A stretch of DNA of 51,676 bases, the filler included, from Sphacelaria rigidula (lineage: Eukaryota): assembly GCA_964200075.2 (NCBI GenBank). It is 4 parts of 4 records of this genome, joined end to end, with 100 filler letters (N's around TTAATTAATTAA, not from the genome) between each part and the next. Parts side by side here need not be neighbours in the genome. Positions count along the whole stretch, not along the records: positions 38,834 to 51,676 come from CAXNAA020003367.1; 3 more parts are not named here. One strand, written 5' to 3'. The translations under genes and the position numbers were made by a program. The notes beneath the pieces are model-generated. The model was not told the origin of the DNA. It saw nothing but the letters and a program-made list of their open reading frames with translations, and did not search any database. Of the stretch, positions 38,834-51,219 are shown in pieces. Position 1 is the first letter of the stretch, and each line of letters starts with the position of its first letter.

Positions 38834-39336
38834 GAAGATTTTAATCCTCCGGGTTCTCATCCTCAATCAAAAGCACCATCCTCAACATAGATGATTGGCT
38901 GTTTAAACCTGGATATCGCGTCTCAGTTTTTGAGAGTTATGCTATGAAATTTCGTATGGAGAACTGCTAGAGCATAAGAAAACCTATGAATACAGCTTTT
39001 TCAACTTTTTCGCTTTTTTTCATTTTTTTCATTTTTTTCGGGTTTTTGGGGCAGTTTTGAGGAGACATGAACGCTGCTTTTGGGCATTATCTCAATTTTA
39101 TAGCTCAATTTTTGAAATTTTAATTTGAAACTTAGGATGAAGAACCACAGAGGAATGCTGAACAAGAAATAAAAAAATGGGCCCTCAGTTTTTTTTCGGA
39201 GAGGTTCGGGCATTCTCGTAAAAAAATGGCGGTTTCCATACTAAAACGCCCTAAACCAGTGAAAAAATGAAAAAAAATCAACCTGACTCGCTCTGTTTCG
39301 TCCATTATACCCTAACCACGGCCCACACAAAGTTTC
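38834..39336 (+). repeat. Family A repeat followed by AT-rich, transposon-like sequence
   Basis: The first ~70 bp match positions 1-68; the rest is A/T-run-rich non-coding sequence up to the TSD of the next element. Confidence 0.6.
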
Positions 39337-41087
39337 CAAGCTTGTGTTCTGTAAGGTACAGGTACGTTCTGTAGGGTATGGGATTCCTTACAGAACGTAG
39401 AGAACTGTCGGGTACCGGTATGAAAGTCTTACCGAAGTTACAGAACTGTCGGGTATCGGTATGAAAGTCTTACAGGAGTTACAGAACTTGTCGGGTACGG
39501 TATCGGAAGCTTACAGAAAACCGGTACCAGCAATCGGGTAACTCTTTCAGGGCATACCCGCCCCTCGGGTCAGGGTAAATGTTCTGCACAGAACTCGCGG
39601 AATTATCGGGTAAGGGTATGGGAGGGCTAACAGGACTCACAGAGACTGTCGGGTAGGGTATGGAGGTTGCACAGAAAACCGTACCCGCATCCGGGTATCT
39701 TATCAAGAGCATACCCGTGCCCCCCGGTAACGGTACGGGAGGCTTACAGAACTCACAGAACAATCGGGTACGGGTATGAAGGTCTTCCAGAGATCACAGA
39801 ACTGTAGTAGGGTACGGTACATACCCGGCAAAATACCCCGAGTGTACAGAAAACCATACCCTACAGAACACGACCTTGGGTATCATTATCACCCCTGTGG
39901 TGGGACCCACGTCACTACAACAGTGGCGCAACACAGATGACGGGTCACGAAAACTCTGAAAGGCTTCAGGGGGTTGATAGAGAAAGACTACACGAACGAT
40001 CGCAGTAGTACATGGATCGTCAACATCTATTGGTTTCACGCACACTCTCAGATAGTACATGAAGGAGCATTCACGGCAGCCCGTTTACTGGAAGCCCTTC
40101 GGCACGCGACAAAATCGCCGACGGCCTCGACGACTTTCGGTGGCAGCTCATATACTCTGTGCTGTACGTGTCGACAACGGCCTGGGGTTTGATGACCACG
40201 ACACAACCATCATCAACGTCGACGACGTGCGTCTTGCTACTTGATCCTCTGGTGGCGCAGATGAACCACCCCCGCTCGAACCACCACTCGCGAGTCTGGG
40301 GGTGACCCATCCTGACGGTCTGCAGGGTTGATCATGTTTCGTGTTTCCACTCAGCGGTACGTCGTATCCCGTCAGATCCCAAACTCAAGAACTTTTCAAC
40401 GTTGAATTATTATTGGTGTGCAGTTTTGAATGAAGGAATTGGGTGGGTTGATCGATGGGAGGTACGTGTTCAGGTCATGATGTGTTTGGATTGAACCTAT
40501 ATCCGTACCTCCTCAAGGTATATACCTGTGATCATACCTGCAATCGGGTGTATCTACAACGGCATACCCGAACCCCGGGTAGGGGTATGGGAGGCTTACA
40601 GAGCTCACAGAACTGCCGGTGACCGGTACTGGATGAAAGTCTTACAGAAATTACAAAACTTGTCGGGTACGGTATGGGAAGCTTACAGAAAAACGGTACC
40701 AGCAATCGAGTAATCTTCAAGAGCATACCCGCGCTCCGGGTACGGGTAAACATTCTGTACAGAACTCACAGAACTGTCGGGTAAGGGTATGGGAGGGCTT
40801 ACAGAACTCACAAAGACTGTCGGGTAGGGTATGGAGGTTGCACAGAAAACCGTACCCGCAATCAGTTATCTTATCAAGAGCATACCCGTGCCCTCCGGTA
40901 ACGTTACGGGAGGCTTACAGAGATTACAGAACTATCGGGTAAGGGTATAAAAGTCTCACAGAGATTACTGAACTGTCGGGTACCGGTACGAAAGTCTTCC
41001 AGAGATTACAGAACTGTCGGGTACGGTAAATACCCGGCAAAATACCCCGGGTCTACAGAAAACCGCACCCTACAGAACACAACCTTG
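39337..41087. mobile_element. Non-autonomous hAT/P-like element with two ACAGAAC/CGGGTA satellite arrays and a ~650-bp unrelated insert
   Basis: Left TIR CAAGCTTGTGTTCTGTAAGG (39337); right TIR CCTACAGAACACAACCTTG (ends 41087). The 8-bp flanks AAAGTTTC / AAACTTTC are a TSD with 1 mismatch. An extra internal right TIR ends at 39878. Arrays of ACAGAACTGTCGGGTA(C/A)GGTATG units lie at ~39390-39870 and ~40540-41080. Confidence 0.75.
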
Positions 41088-41176
41088 AAACTTTCAACGT
41101 ACACAAACACCACACGTGGGCCGGTAAGTGGCCTGCAAAATACTGTTCCGAACTTATTCTGACCCCGTTACTGAAC

Positions 41177-41521
41177 GGCCCATTGCACGGCCAATACTTA
41201 GAGTTGGACCCTGAAAATTGGTATGGACAATGAATAGGGCACGATAAAAACAATTACCGAAGCACACAAGGCTTTTTTTTGAAACGAGTTAAGGGCATTT
41301 TACTGATCACCTGAAAAGTGATTACGAAAACAATTACCAGTACACACAAGGTTTTCTTTACATGAGTTAAGGTAATTTTACTGATACCTGAAAACTGATT
41401 ATTGTACTTAACTTATAGAAAAAAAAAACTTGTGTGCACCGGTAATTATTTTTATTATGCCCTACTTATGTCCATACCAAATTTCAGGGTCCGACTCTAC
41501 ATATTGGTCGTGCGATGGGCC
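41177..41521. repeat. Fold-back element of the same family as 13039-13299, with a ~78-bp internal tandem duplication
   Basis: Arms GGCCCATTGCACGGCCAATACTTAGAGTTGGACCCTGAAAATTGGTATGGACA / TGTCCATACCAAATTTCAGGGTCCGACTCTACATATTGGTCGTGCGATGGGCC. Both copies are followed by GGCTGGCCCAGCTCGTA. Confidence 0.8.
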
Positions 41522-42685
41522 TGCAAGCTACAAATGCGCTTCTCGGCTGGCCCAGCTCGTATCTCTTGATCATTTTTTTTAATTTTCGCAGATTCTTAAC
41601 TGTGCAACAAGGCCCTAGAAGTCCGTCGTAGACCGGGTCTACGCATTCCCTTTTTCGTCCACTAGTCCAGTCGTTGATTCCTGTTTACCGTGGACCACTA
41701 AAGGAAATTGTAATTAGTCACCGCGCGCCACATTCGCAATAGCCGGACTCTCCACGTGTGTGTGTGTGTTGTCATCCCATCGATCTATTCTGAACGCCCG
41801 TCCACGCCTTCCGGCATATGTAAGCGAATCAGCCGGAGTCACAAACGAGGGAGGTCTTCTCAAAAGTTGTATTTTATCTTGTTTTTTCCAGGCAAGAAAA
41901 TGATTTCACGGTAGAGGTGCACTTTTTGTCGAGAAGGTGCCATAGGGTGCATACCAAGGCCCAGATGTTTGTCATAGAGGCTTCCATAGTGCGGAGCCTC
42001 CAGAACATATTGTGCAATCATACCGTAGAACCATTCAAAAGATAGATGTAGGTCGAACCATTTTCTTTTTAGCCAGAAGTGGGGAGCGGTAGAACGCAGG
42101 TACGGGCTCTGCCCGCGCTCCTCTGCAATCGATCGAAATCCAATCCTAACGCGAAGGCAAGTCGACTAGGGCCTAGGTAGAGCACGGGAGTCGACATTCG
42201 CGACTGTCGAGCGCGCCTATGGGCCGAACGCAGTGTTTTGGGGTGGGACGACGATACGCGTTTGAAGTAGTAGACCGACGACACGCGTATGAAGTAGTAG
42301 TTCCTAACTCTACGATCAGCCCAGTGCTCCGCTCCCTCTCAGAACGCGACTGCTTAAAGTGGGGGTGATGGAAGCTATACTGTACAGATGTGCTACGTAC
42401 GCGCCGCACTCAGACGACTTCGGAAGTCGGCATTTCAAGGTTTCCCCGTGCTCGAGCGTCCTTACTCGGGGAGTGCTTCCGTTTACTTATATTAACGCAT
42501 TTATCTTGCAACCATGAATGACTTCGTAGCGGATGACTTCATGTACAAGAAAACTTCTTGATAAATTCATCAATCCATCATTACTGTGTCAAAAGATCAC
42601 AGCATCGAACCCTTAATCGGCCTACGAACCCCCGTCGACCTACGAGTTCCCACGCCCGTAAAACTCAAAATCGACCGTGGCAGTG

Positions 42686-45600
42686 ATGGATAGTGATTTT
42701 GTTGGGCTCGTTGCCCTCACTGCTTGCCACGAACTGTTACATTTCACGGTATTAACAGTACCTGAAGCTTACGACAACTAGAGAGGCCACAATTTTACTG
42801 CATGTCGCGGTGTTCCTCCATGCATATGTACCCTTACCCTGCAATAAACAACGAGGTCGCGAGTCACGAACAAACCCTGATGCCAGAGTTCGTGTTCTGC
42901 CTACGCGAAGCATAAGTCAATAAAGGAGGACCAGCAAGAAAACGCGCCATCCGCAGGGGCTAGTGAAGGCTACTTCTACGGCGCTCTTCGCTCACTACAC
43001 TTCATACGGGATATTTCACCAATCATTCGATAAAACCTGCTCAAACGCCGCAAAACTACAGATTCAAGAAAAGGCTGCTTCCATGGCACGCCTAGTTGAC
43101 TCATTGCTTCGGGGACGTGCGCAGCCATCAGCAAGACTTGAAGCCGCCGCCGCTTTGTCGGACATCCGTTCCTTTGTTCGAGCTTGGAGGCGAGTTATTC
43201 AATGATAGGGAACTAGACGGAGCAGTGAGTGGCAGCGTTAGAATAGATTAGACTGACATTTTCCTGGCAGGACAAAACCCAGCGATGCAGCTCAACCATC
43301 TCCTGTAGCAGTTGACAAGTTCAGAAAGTCGTTCGACGATAAGAAATGAGGAAATATCGAGGGATTCCAACATCATCGTCTGGGAGCTTCGTGCCCACTG
43401 CGGTTGATGATTCGTCACCCTCAAACATCTCCAAAAATGCCCAAACCTTTCAGGGTTCCATCACGTGTACCTGATGGAAAGAGGCGAGAGAAATTTTACC
43501 CGCAAGATAGAAAAACGAATACTCGAATGACATGTCCTCGGAGATACGCTCCCTGGGTTGAGGGCTGAATCATGCCACGGTAGGGATGCACGATATATTC
43601 CTTACGTTTGAACTGTTAGGTTCCCGTCATCTCATCCAAAACAACACATACAATATGTGTGATAGCTGGAAACGATTAACCTTCCAACGGGCGAGGGATC
43701 TGGAATAAGTGTTGAGGTGAAACCATCCTGACGCAAATTCTTGTGCAACTCCTAAAATGTACTAGCTCCACAATGAGAAACTTCTGGGCCCAAACGCGTA
43801 AACTCTACCGTGGCAAACACTCCCGCTATCGTTTGTGAAACAATGGATTCGCCCACCCGTTCAAGAGAAGGCATAAAGAACAATATGGTAGTTCGATCGC
43901 CGCCTCTTTGAGCTGTGTATCGCGGAATAGCGTCCAAGTAATCTGGCTATATCTGCTTGAAAACCTAGCAAGTCCGTGCATCACGGGGAGCACAAGATAT
44001 GGACATTGTTATTTGAGCCCTCCTTGCAATTACACACCCCTAGATTCTGCCCTGCTGCCCCCCGGTGTCCTTGAAAGGTCCAACTCCTCTTGGATCATCC
44101 GTACATGAAGTATTCGGATGATATGCATCCTGAGCTACGTTTCCGACCGATTTTGTTGTCGAGATAAAATTTTGGATTGCTCGCATAATCGTCCATGGAT
44201 GATAAGAATTGAACACGCCCCACCCACCACCGAACGTGGCAGACCTAACATGCATGGGCATGGTGCGTCAGGGAGACGAGAAACGGGAGCGGGACGACAG
44301 AGAGGAAATGAAGATATGAGTGGCGGAGGGGTAGACGATACAACGGAATCCTCTCGTTCAGCTACGGCTGCCCCTACGGCTAGCACGCTGCTGAAATTGG
44401 CGCAGGTTTGAAGCATAGAACAGTGGGAAGCATAGCACAGTGGGTTGAAGGTTTTCGGCACAGACAGTTTATGCAGCGGACATAACTTTGTTTTTGCGGT
44501 GGGGATCAGTCGAGAGCACAGACCGAGTGATGAGCGGCTATTGAGTATTACTGTCAGATGTGTACGTGGCTTGTTGGAGATACATACACGTGCTTCCCGC
44601 GCGTGGGCAAAATGCACCATTCCTGGCCCGTTGAAGTGTATTTTGGCGGGCATCTTCTAGCTTCAACGTGCGGATCCGCTCCGGGAAGTCTCAAGTGCAT
44701 GTGTTGCGATTTTTTCCCAGCTCGTATGTGTGAAGGACTTCCAAATGAGTAGACTACTCATGATCCTTGTGGAAGAAGTACTACTGCTGTACACCCAATG
44801 GATTCACGCAGCATTTGCCAGCTTTAGGACACTCTCTATCCACTTCACGTTTTCCGCGACTCATCCCAGAGAGGAGTACAACTACACAACAATGCAAGGA
44901 AACTACCACCGATGAAGCCTGGCAATTCTGCTGACGAAGCCACGGGAAACGAGTGGAAAGCAGCGTCAATTTCATACATTCGAGCCGTGGCCGCCTCCCT
45001 TGTGTCGCTAGGATCGACTTCCTCTCCGAAAGATTGGTATGTACACCGACGCAATCTTACTGGGTTTGTACAACTTTAGGACACAGGAAAGCCCTCCTGG
45101 ATTGCTCGAGACTTCGCAACTCCTCCATGTGACATCCCGGGCGTTTTCTCTAGCATAGTACTTCTTTTTCTTGTGGTGCATACTTAGAAATCAAGCAACA
45201 TGGCGGCAAAACATTGGAAAAACAGCGGAAACTTACATATTTACCGTGTAGTATCCACATGGATATGGATATCTATCTGGGATATCCATCTGGCACATGG
45301 ACATCAATCATGGATATCCATAAGAACATCTTGAATGTTTTTTGATAGTGCAAGAAGACTGTAAAATGGAGTCAAATCCGGATCTTTTCAGCATCATCGT
45401 TTTGGAACAACTACATCACTGGGTCCCAATCTCACCGGGCCCTTCTCCATACATACAGTCGGAGTACTTCAGTGGTTGCAGGCAGGCCTACATACATTAC
45501 GCAAATACGAGTGCGTGGATATTTGCACTAGTGTAAACTTGATTGCGCCGTATGCCCATCCACAACCACGGGGCCGGAGGGGGCGCAAGAGGGTGCAAAT

Positions 45601-48600
45601 GTAAGGATACCCGTCGACTCGCCACGTTGAGCACGGTGATATGTTTCCGTGTTGACTTCAACATTGACAAACGATGTCGCATCGCTTGGGCCATCACTGG
45701 GGCGTAACTTAAACATGCCATATTCTACCTCTATCGGCCTGCGCGGGGGGCGGGTTTCTGCTTACACAGTGCAAATATGTGCCGCCTGTTTGCGAAGGCT
45801 GGCGACATGCTTGTGGACGAGGCTGGGGACGATATTCGGGTGAGCATACTTCCCCTGCATATCTGCTTGCTCTTGTGCACCATTACCGCAGAACTTGAAG
45901 TAAATGTCATCGTATCCAGTGCATCGTCTAACAAACGGTCAGAAACAAAATAACCCGCTCACGAACGTTAACATATTGCAGGTGATATACATCCCGAGCT
46001 TATTATTGAACGTAGGTTGCAAATGCTGGGACATTGATTACCTGAAGCAGGAGACTAGACTGGTGAATTGTATTGCTCCGAAAATGTTTGCACCCCACTC
46101 CCCTTCTACATCTCATGCGGCAGGCATTAGAGATGTTTGACGATGCGGAGGAATGCTTCAATCTCCTTCCCGAGTTTTACTATGGTGAGTAATAAGGAAG
46201 CGATTAACTGTTCCGTTCGCGAGACTAATTGTTTGTCTGAGCACAAGATGGGATCATACCTCCTAACACGGTCTAGGGTCGCCTGAGAATCGGACCAACG
46301 TTGACGGTGGCACCTGTGGCATGAACAGCCTGTCTATCGTACATAGTTAACCTACTGGTGATACTGGGAGTCGGGAACTACACTCCTGAAAAGTGAATAG
46401 CATAACACGTATTCGCCCCTGCAGGCGGATGAGCATTTTGTTGGTATCAGCAGTACTGCACCGTGTACTATCCGAGCATCACCATAGACGGGAGTATACC
46501 TCTCCTCGCGACGGCATAATTTGCGCTCTAATTCAGGAGTACCGGTCACACAAATGTAACCACTCTAGCGAACCGCGTGTGAACCTTTTGGAATTCAGTG
46601 TATCTCTCTCCTCTCCCACCATCTCGCAGTGTACAACGGACACACGTGCTATGTTTGACTTCGCATACCCCAACCACTCACTCAAGCTGATCTGATTCTG
46701 GACCTGAGTATGTCGCCGTACCTCCGCATTATTGTCCTCGAAGGTACTGTACGTTCCTATTGATGAAGTTTGCTTTCTTAGTAACCAGCAACTCCGAGCG
46801 TCGTACCCTGCTCCAGGCCCCGGGGAGAACGCGGGACCGGACGTGTCCGAGTCCATTTTTGCGCTTTGCTCACGTTTCCCCTCATCGTGCTTACCGTCGT
46901 CAGGAGGGGGGCAAAGAGGACCCAGGAACGCTGAGAATCTGTCCTTGTCGGCAGAAGACCTTGTGATGGCTATGCAGAAGGCTTTCACCAGAAGGATTGA
47001 AGTTATCAGTCGAACCAGCGGGAACGTCGATCAGGTGCGTAACAACTCTGTAGCCGTTCGAGCACTGGAATTGCGCAGCAGCCACCATCCGTGGATTTTC
47101 AAATGCATTTCGATGTTGAGCAACATCATGCGGGGAGGTACGTGAAAGAATATGTTCGGAAGCACGTGCCATTTTCGGGGACGTGTTTGTATGCCGTTGG
47201 GGGAGCGCCTGCTTGTGTCGTATTGGGGAATGCTTCGGTCGTTCGAGGATTGTAGTTGTTGTGGTGGCTTGTGATACCTCCTGTTTATTGTTGTTATCTT
47301 GTACGGGATCCAATCAAGTGCTGTGATAAAACGTTTGCTGGTACAATGGACATTGGGAGAATTATCCACCACATGGCTCAACCCAAAGAAACGTTGGAGA
47401 AAGAGAAAACTGTCATGCACAAAAATCGATTCATAAAAAACAAAATCGTGTAATCTGGTTGGTACACAACTTGGCGGAAGGCTTGGGTAGGAACCTCTTG
47501 CACTCGTGCGCCTTGCTTGCGCCTCGATGTCCAGCTTCCGCGTCCGCGTCTGTGTACTTTCTGTGTTGCTAGCAAGACTCTCATGTACGCACGATTAAGA
47601 CTACCTCTCTGATGCAAAAGCTACAGTATGTGTCCATCACCGAGCAGATGATTGCTGGATACGAGCAGCAACTGAAAATACTCAAAGGCCGATCGCCAGC
47701 CGGCCTGAGCGCGAGCATTGCTATGCACGCCGTGTCGGTGGGCGAGGAAGCTTTTGGGAAGGGTGACTACCGAGGGTCCACGCGCCTCCTGCGGTACGTT
47801 GGTTGCGCATCACGCCGGCTCCATTTTAAATCATCATGTCTTTCGTCGTGTTGAAGCGTCCACGTGCGGCAGAAAACACACAGCAAGTATGACCTAAAGG
47901 CTCTTAGCTGCTTGTTGAGCTTCAAGCAATAAATGATGACGCTCATAAACCGTGGGGCAACGGTGGTTACTTGCGGAAAACCCTCGATCGAGAATATGTC
48001 ACATTGTGGAGTTGTATCACATTGGTAGTATTACTGTCGCTGACGTTTTCGTCCTCCGACGGCCAGAATATAGATTGGTGGAACACGCTCTTCAAAATTC
48101 AGGCAAGAAATGGAGCGGAGAAATCAAAGGTGGCAGTCGATTTCTTGGTACATAGTCGATTTCTTGGTACATAGTCGATTTCTTGTTTTGTAGTCGATCT
48201 CTTGATTTGTTGTGGAAGCGACTACTCGATTAGACGGCGAAAGTGGGGTTCCGCGACGAAACAAGCTCGACCGATAAACACGGGGTGTGCCGCAGCGCCC
48301 CGGCGGTCAAACGAGAAGCACACCAGTTTGAGCGACTTTCGGGCAATTGGATCGCGGCAGCAATCTTTTCCATGGCTCCGTCATAAGAAAACGTAAGAAA
48401 ATGTGTTGGCAAAGGTTATCAAAATACGATGAAAGTCAGCAGGTTGCCAGGATGTCGAGCAAGTTCTCGACATGAAAACGTACAAGGCATGTTTCTATCG
48501 GGGGAGTGTCGATCCCTTGATATTTCTGCCTTGTCATGAGGAAAGACGGGGATGCAAGATACGAGCAACTTACAACGTCGTTGGCGTCGAGTTGTATTTC

Positions 48601-50261
48601 ACAATAGTTCAGGCCTGCACAATGCAAAATTACGTGGGTCTCAAGTTGTCGACATTCCGTCAGGGGTGTTCGAATGATGGTATTCCTACTGGCGGAAAGG
48701 TGTTTTTCACGCACTTTCAAAAGGCCGTTCTTACTAGCGTGCCAGGCATCTCAACAGCGCAACTATTACGCGGTCTGATCTCCATGATTATGTCAGCTCT
48801 GTGGTCGAAGAAACAGTCTTTCATCTCGCACGTATCAACAACGGGTCTCTATAGTTCCGTCGCGTGACTTAGCGTGCGAGGTCTACTGCAGTAGTGTTCG
48901 CTCGTGGTCAAGACGCTCAGGCCTTGCTTTGATCGTACGTCTATTTCACTATATTTACTGTGGTCTCGACCTACTGCATGTGTATGTTCAAGGGAGACAC
49001 ATCCAGCGGTGTGCCACGCCATCATACGTGGTGCTGAAAGCCACACGCATAGTTGGTGAACGCCGTTTCTTCTGCCTGCATAGACCTATCAACCAATAAG
49101 ACACGACCAAAACCCATCGCTGCACCAGTACCGGATTGTGGCTATCCTCCTATGTTAGCCTATCTTCCCCGTCTCGCCGTGCGATAGTCTTCCTGTCGAA
49201 ACTTCCTGACCAATCATATAACAGCTCAGTCAGTTGTCGCATGCGCTCTAGTTTTCTGACTACGGTGCGTGGTTAAGTGCTTCTCCTTCGTGCACTGTCT
49301 GGTCGTGGGTCTATAGTACGCACCTCACTGAAATATTTTCCCCGTCGCCGGTGGTATTTCGCGATTAGTGCAATCGTGAGCTTTCAGATATCGCTGTTAT
49401 ATAACGCTTGAGAAGACATTCTCTACACCAGCGATACTGCCGACTTCTTGCTTTGCATTTGTTTCGTGCCCGTGAAATGATCAGGACATCCCTACTTGCA
49501 TTGGGTGGCGATCTTGGCGCACCTATCTCGGAGACTCCGAAGGGGCACGAAATATTGGGACTGCGCCATGCTACCTTATTTTCCCTCGCCCATTGCTATG
49601 GTCGGAGGTCAGTGGTGCACCGTATATGGATAAGAAGGCGTGCACAGGTCTTACATCGATGCCGTAGTTTGGGGCTTGAATACTATAGTCTATCGTATCA
49701 TATCATCTTCACTCAGGCAACAACCCCTACACTGTATATATATTCCGGAGATATACTCAATAGGTAGAGCCCTCGAATTGCTTCGTGTTCGCGATGATAC
49801 GGTATGTGCTCGATCACACTCTCATTCATATAACTTTAGTGACAACCATCCTGTCGGATACACACGCCGTGCGAGGGAGAGACGTCGACGTTGAACACGC
49901 GTTCGTTCGTTCGTTCTGGTCCACATACATTGTATTTGAGACTGAAGCTCGGGCCCCGCTGCGATATTCATGCTTCCACACTAGCATTGTACGTGTTTTC
50001 TGAGTGAATTGGGCGATGTGGGTGTAATTTGTCCTTGTAGTAACCTCAACCCCCGAGACTCAGGATGACTGACCCGTGAGCATGCACTCTCGATAACTTG
50101 CGTACTTAACACTTTCCTGCACTCTGCACATCTTCACATATTTGGGACCCAGCGGGGATCATCGGAAGGCCATCCAATGCATCAAGCAGCTCGAAGACGA
50201 GGGAAAACGTGTCCCACAAGGGGAATTCGAGGCTGCCCAGCTGCTCTTTGCGAAATGCAAG
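42686..50261 (+). CDS. ZIP4: TPR-repeat protein, probable ZIP4/SPO22/TEX11 meiotic crossover (ZMM) homologue, 3'-partial
   Basis: Exons 42686-42748, 43062-43189, 44243-44405, ~44721-44777 and ~45392-45480 (both unresolved), 45770-45839, 46124-46184, 46904-47034, 47627-47793, 49485-49607, 50153-50261. The spliced segments MCRLFAKAGDMLVDEAGDDIRALEMFDDAEECF, SIAMHAVSVGEEAFGKGDYRGSTRLLRTSL and LRHATLFSLAHCYGRSGDHRKAIQCIKQLE are TPR helix pairs. Their order and pattern resemble the SPO22 domain by eye; no database search was run. Confidence 0.55.
43567..43822 (+). mobile_element. Degenerate copy or relative of the ~255-bp MITE, in an intron of the TPR gene
   Basis: Decayed TIRs (GAATCATGCCACGGTAGGGATGCAC ... 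CTCTACCGTGGCAAACACTC), the same length, and shared internal motifs (ATCTCATCCAAAAC; CCTGAC..AATTCTTGTGCA). Confidence 0.65.
48135..48210 (+). repeat. 19-bp tandem repeat x4
   Basis: AGTCGATTTCTTGGTACAT twice perfectly, then two diverged units. Confidence 0.9.
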
Positions 50262-50274
50262 GTATCCGAGCATA

Positions 50275-50825
50275 CAGTAGTGGGCGGTCTAACTATATTC
50301 ATTTTGTGGTATTTTGTGATTTTTTCGTGACTGGCGGTTTTCTTGGGCTCTTTTCGCTTGCCACCCCTTATCATATCAAGGATTTCAAGATTTTTGTATC
50401 CGCTCCACATTCCAAGAAGAAAAAATCATCTGTAGTCAATATTGAGTGACTCACGGGCTGACCGGTCATCGGGGTCCTGCCACGTTTCAGCCCAGATTCT
50501 TACTTTTGTGTATTTTCGGTCAATCGAGCCCATTCCGATCATATTAGTAAAAAAATGTGCAGTTTAACTTTTTCGAAATTCTGCCTACTCAGTGCACTAG
50601 GCCCGAAAAACTGTGTTTCACGGTCAATAACACCCTGCTGATGAACGGGGTATTTGCTCGTTTCGCCCGATAACACCAACTAAGACTGACTTGGGCACTG
50701 TGTTTCGAGGATAATCTGGTTTGTTGTTTCAAAATCTACCGACGCTAGCAATTTTGGGTTTTATCGAAGAGTAGTACGCGAGGGAACCCCCAAACACCCC
50801 TAAATAGTTAGACCGCCCACTACTG
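50275..50825. mobile_element. Tc1/mariner-type MITE (551 bp, TA TSD)
   Basis: TA|CAGTAGTGGGCGGTCTAACTAT ... ATAGTTAGACCGCCCACTACTG|TA: perfect 22-bp TIRs starting CAGT and flanked by TA. Confidence 0.88.
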
Positions 50826-51219
50826 TACACTTGCACGTTTTCGACAGTATTTCAAGCTCACCATGGCATATGTGGCATATAGTTACCGTTCCCGTACTCT
50901 CCTTCTCTTCCAGTGTGCCATATATCATTGCGAAAGTCATAGGTGAAGTGCTGCCGATGACATTTCTCAAGTGGTGCTTCCAATGGTCGAACCACGACAC
51001 CAAACTGGTAGTAGCAATATCCTGTGTTCATTTCGGAGGGCTATGTATATCGCTGCTAGGAGCGTGTATTTCACAATTTCGACAAGTAAACGGAAAGGTT
51101 GACACTGCATTCGCTGCGTCTACTGAAGATCAGCTCATCCGCGACGCAAGTTGTTTGGTCCTTTTCCTGTCTTAAGCAGCAACCGGAGGAAGTGCAGAAT
51201 CGTTTTCATCGTTGTTGCC

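Noticed and set aside
39390..41080. CRISPR or telomeric repeats
   Set aside because: The units are degenerate with no unique spacers, and the arrays are bounded by TIRs and a TSD.
46732..46903. Extended 5' part of ORF 46732..47145 as exon
   Set aside because: The phase only fits the acceptor at 46903, which follows a polypyrimidine tract, so the upstream part is intronic.
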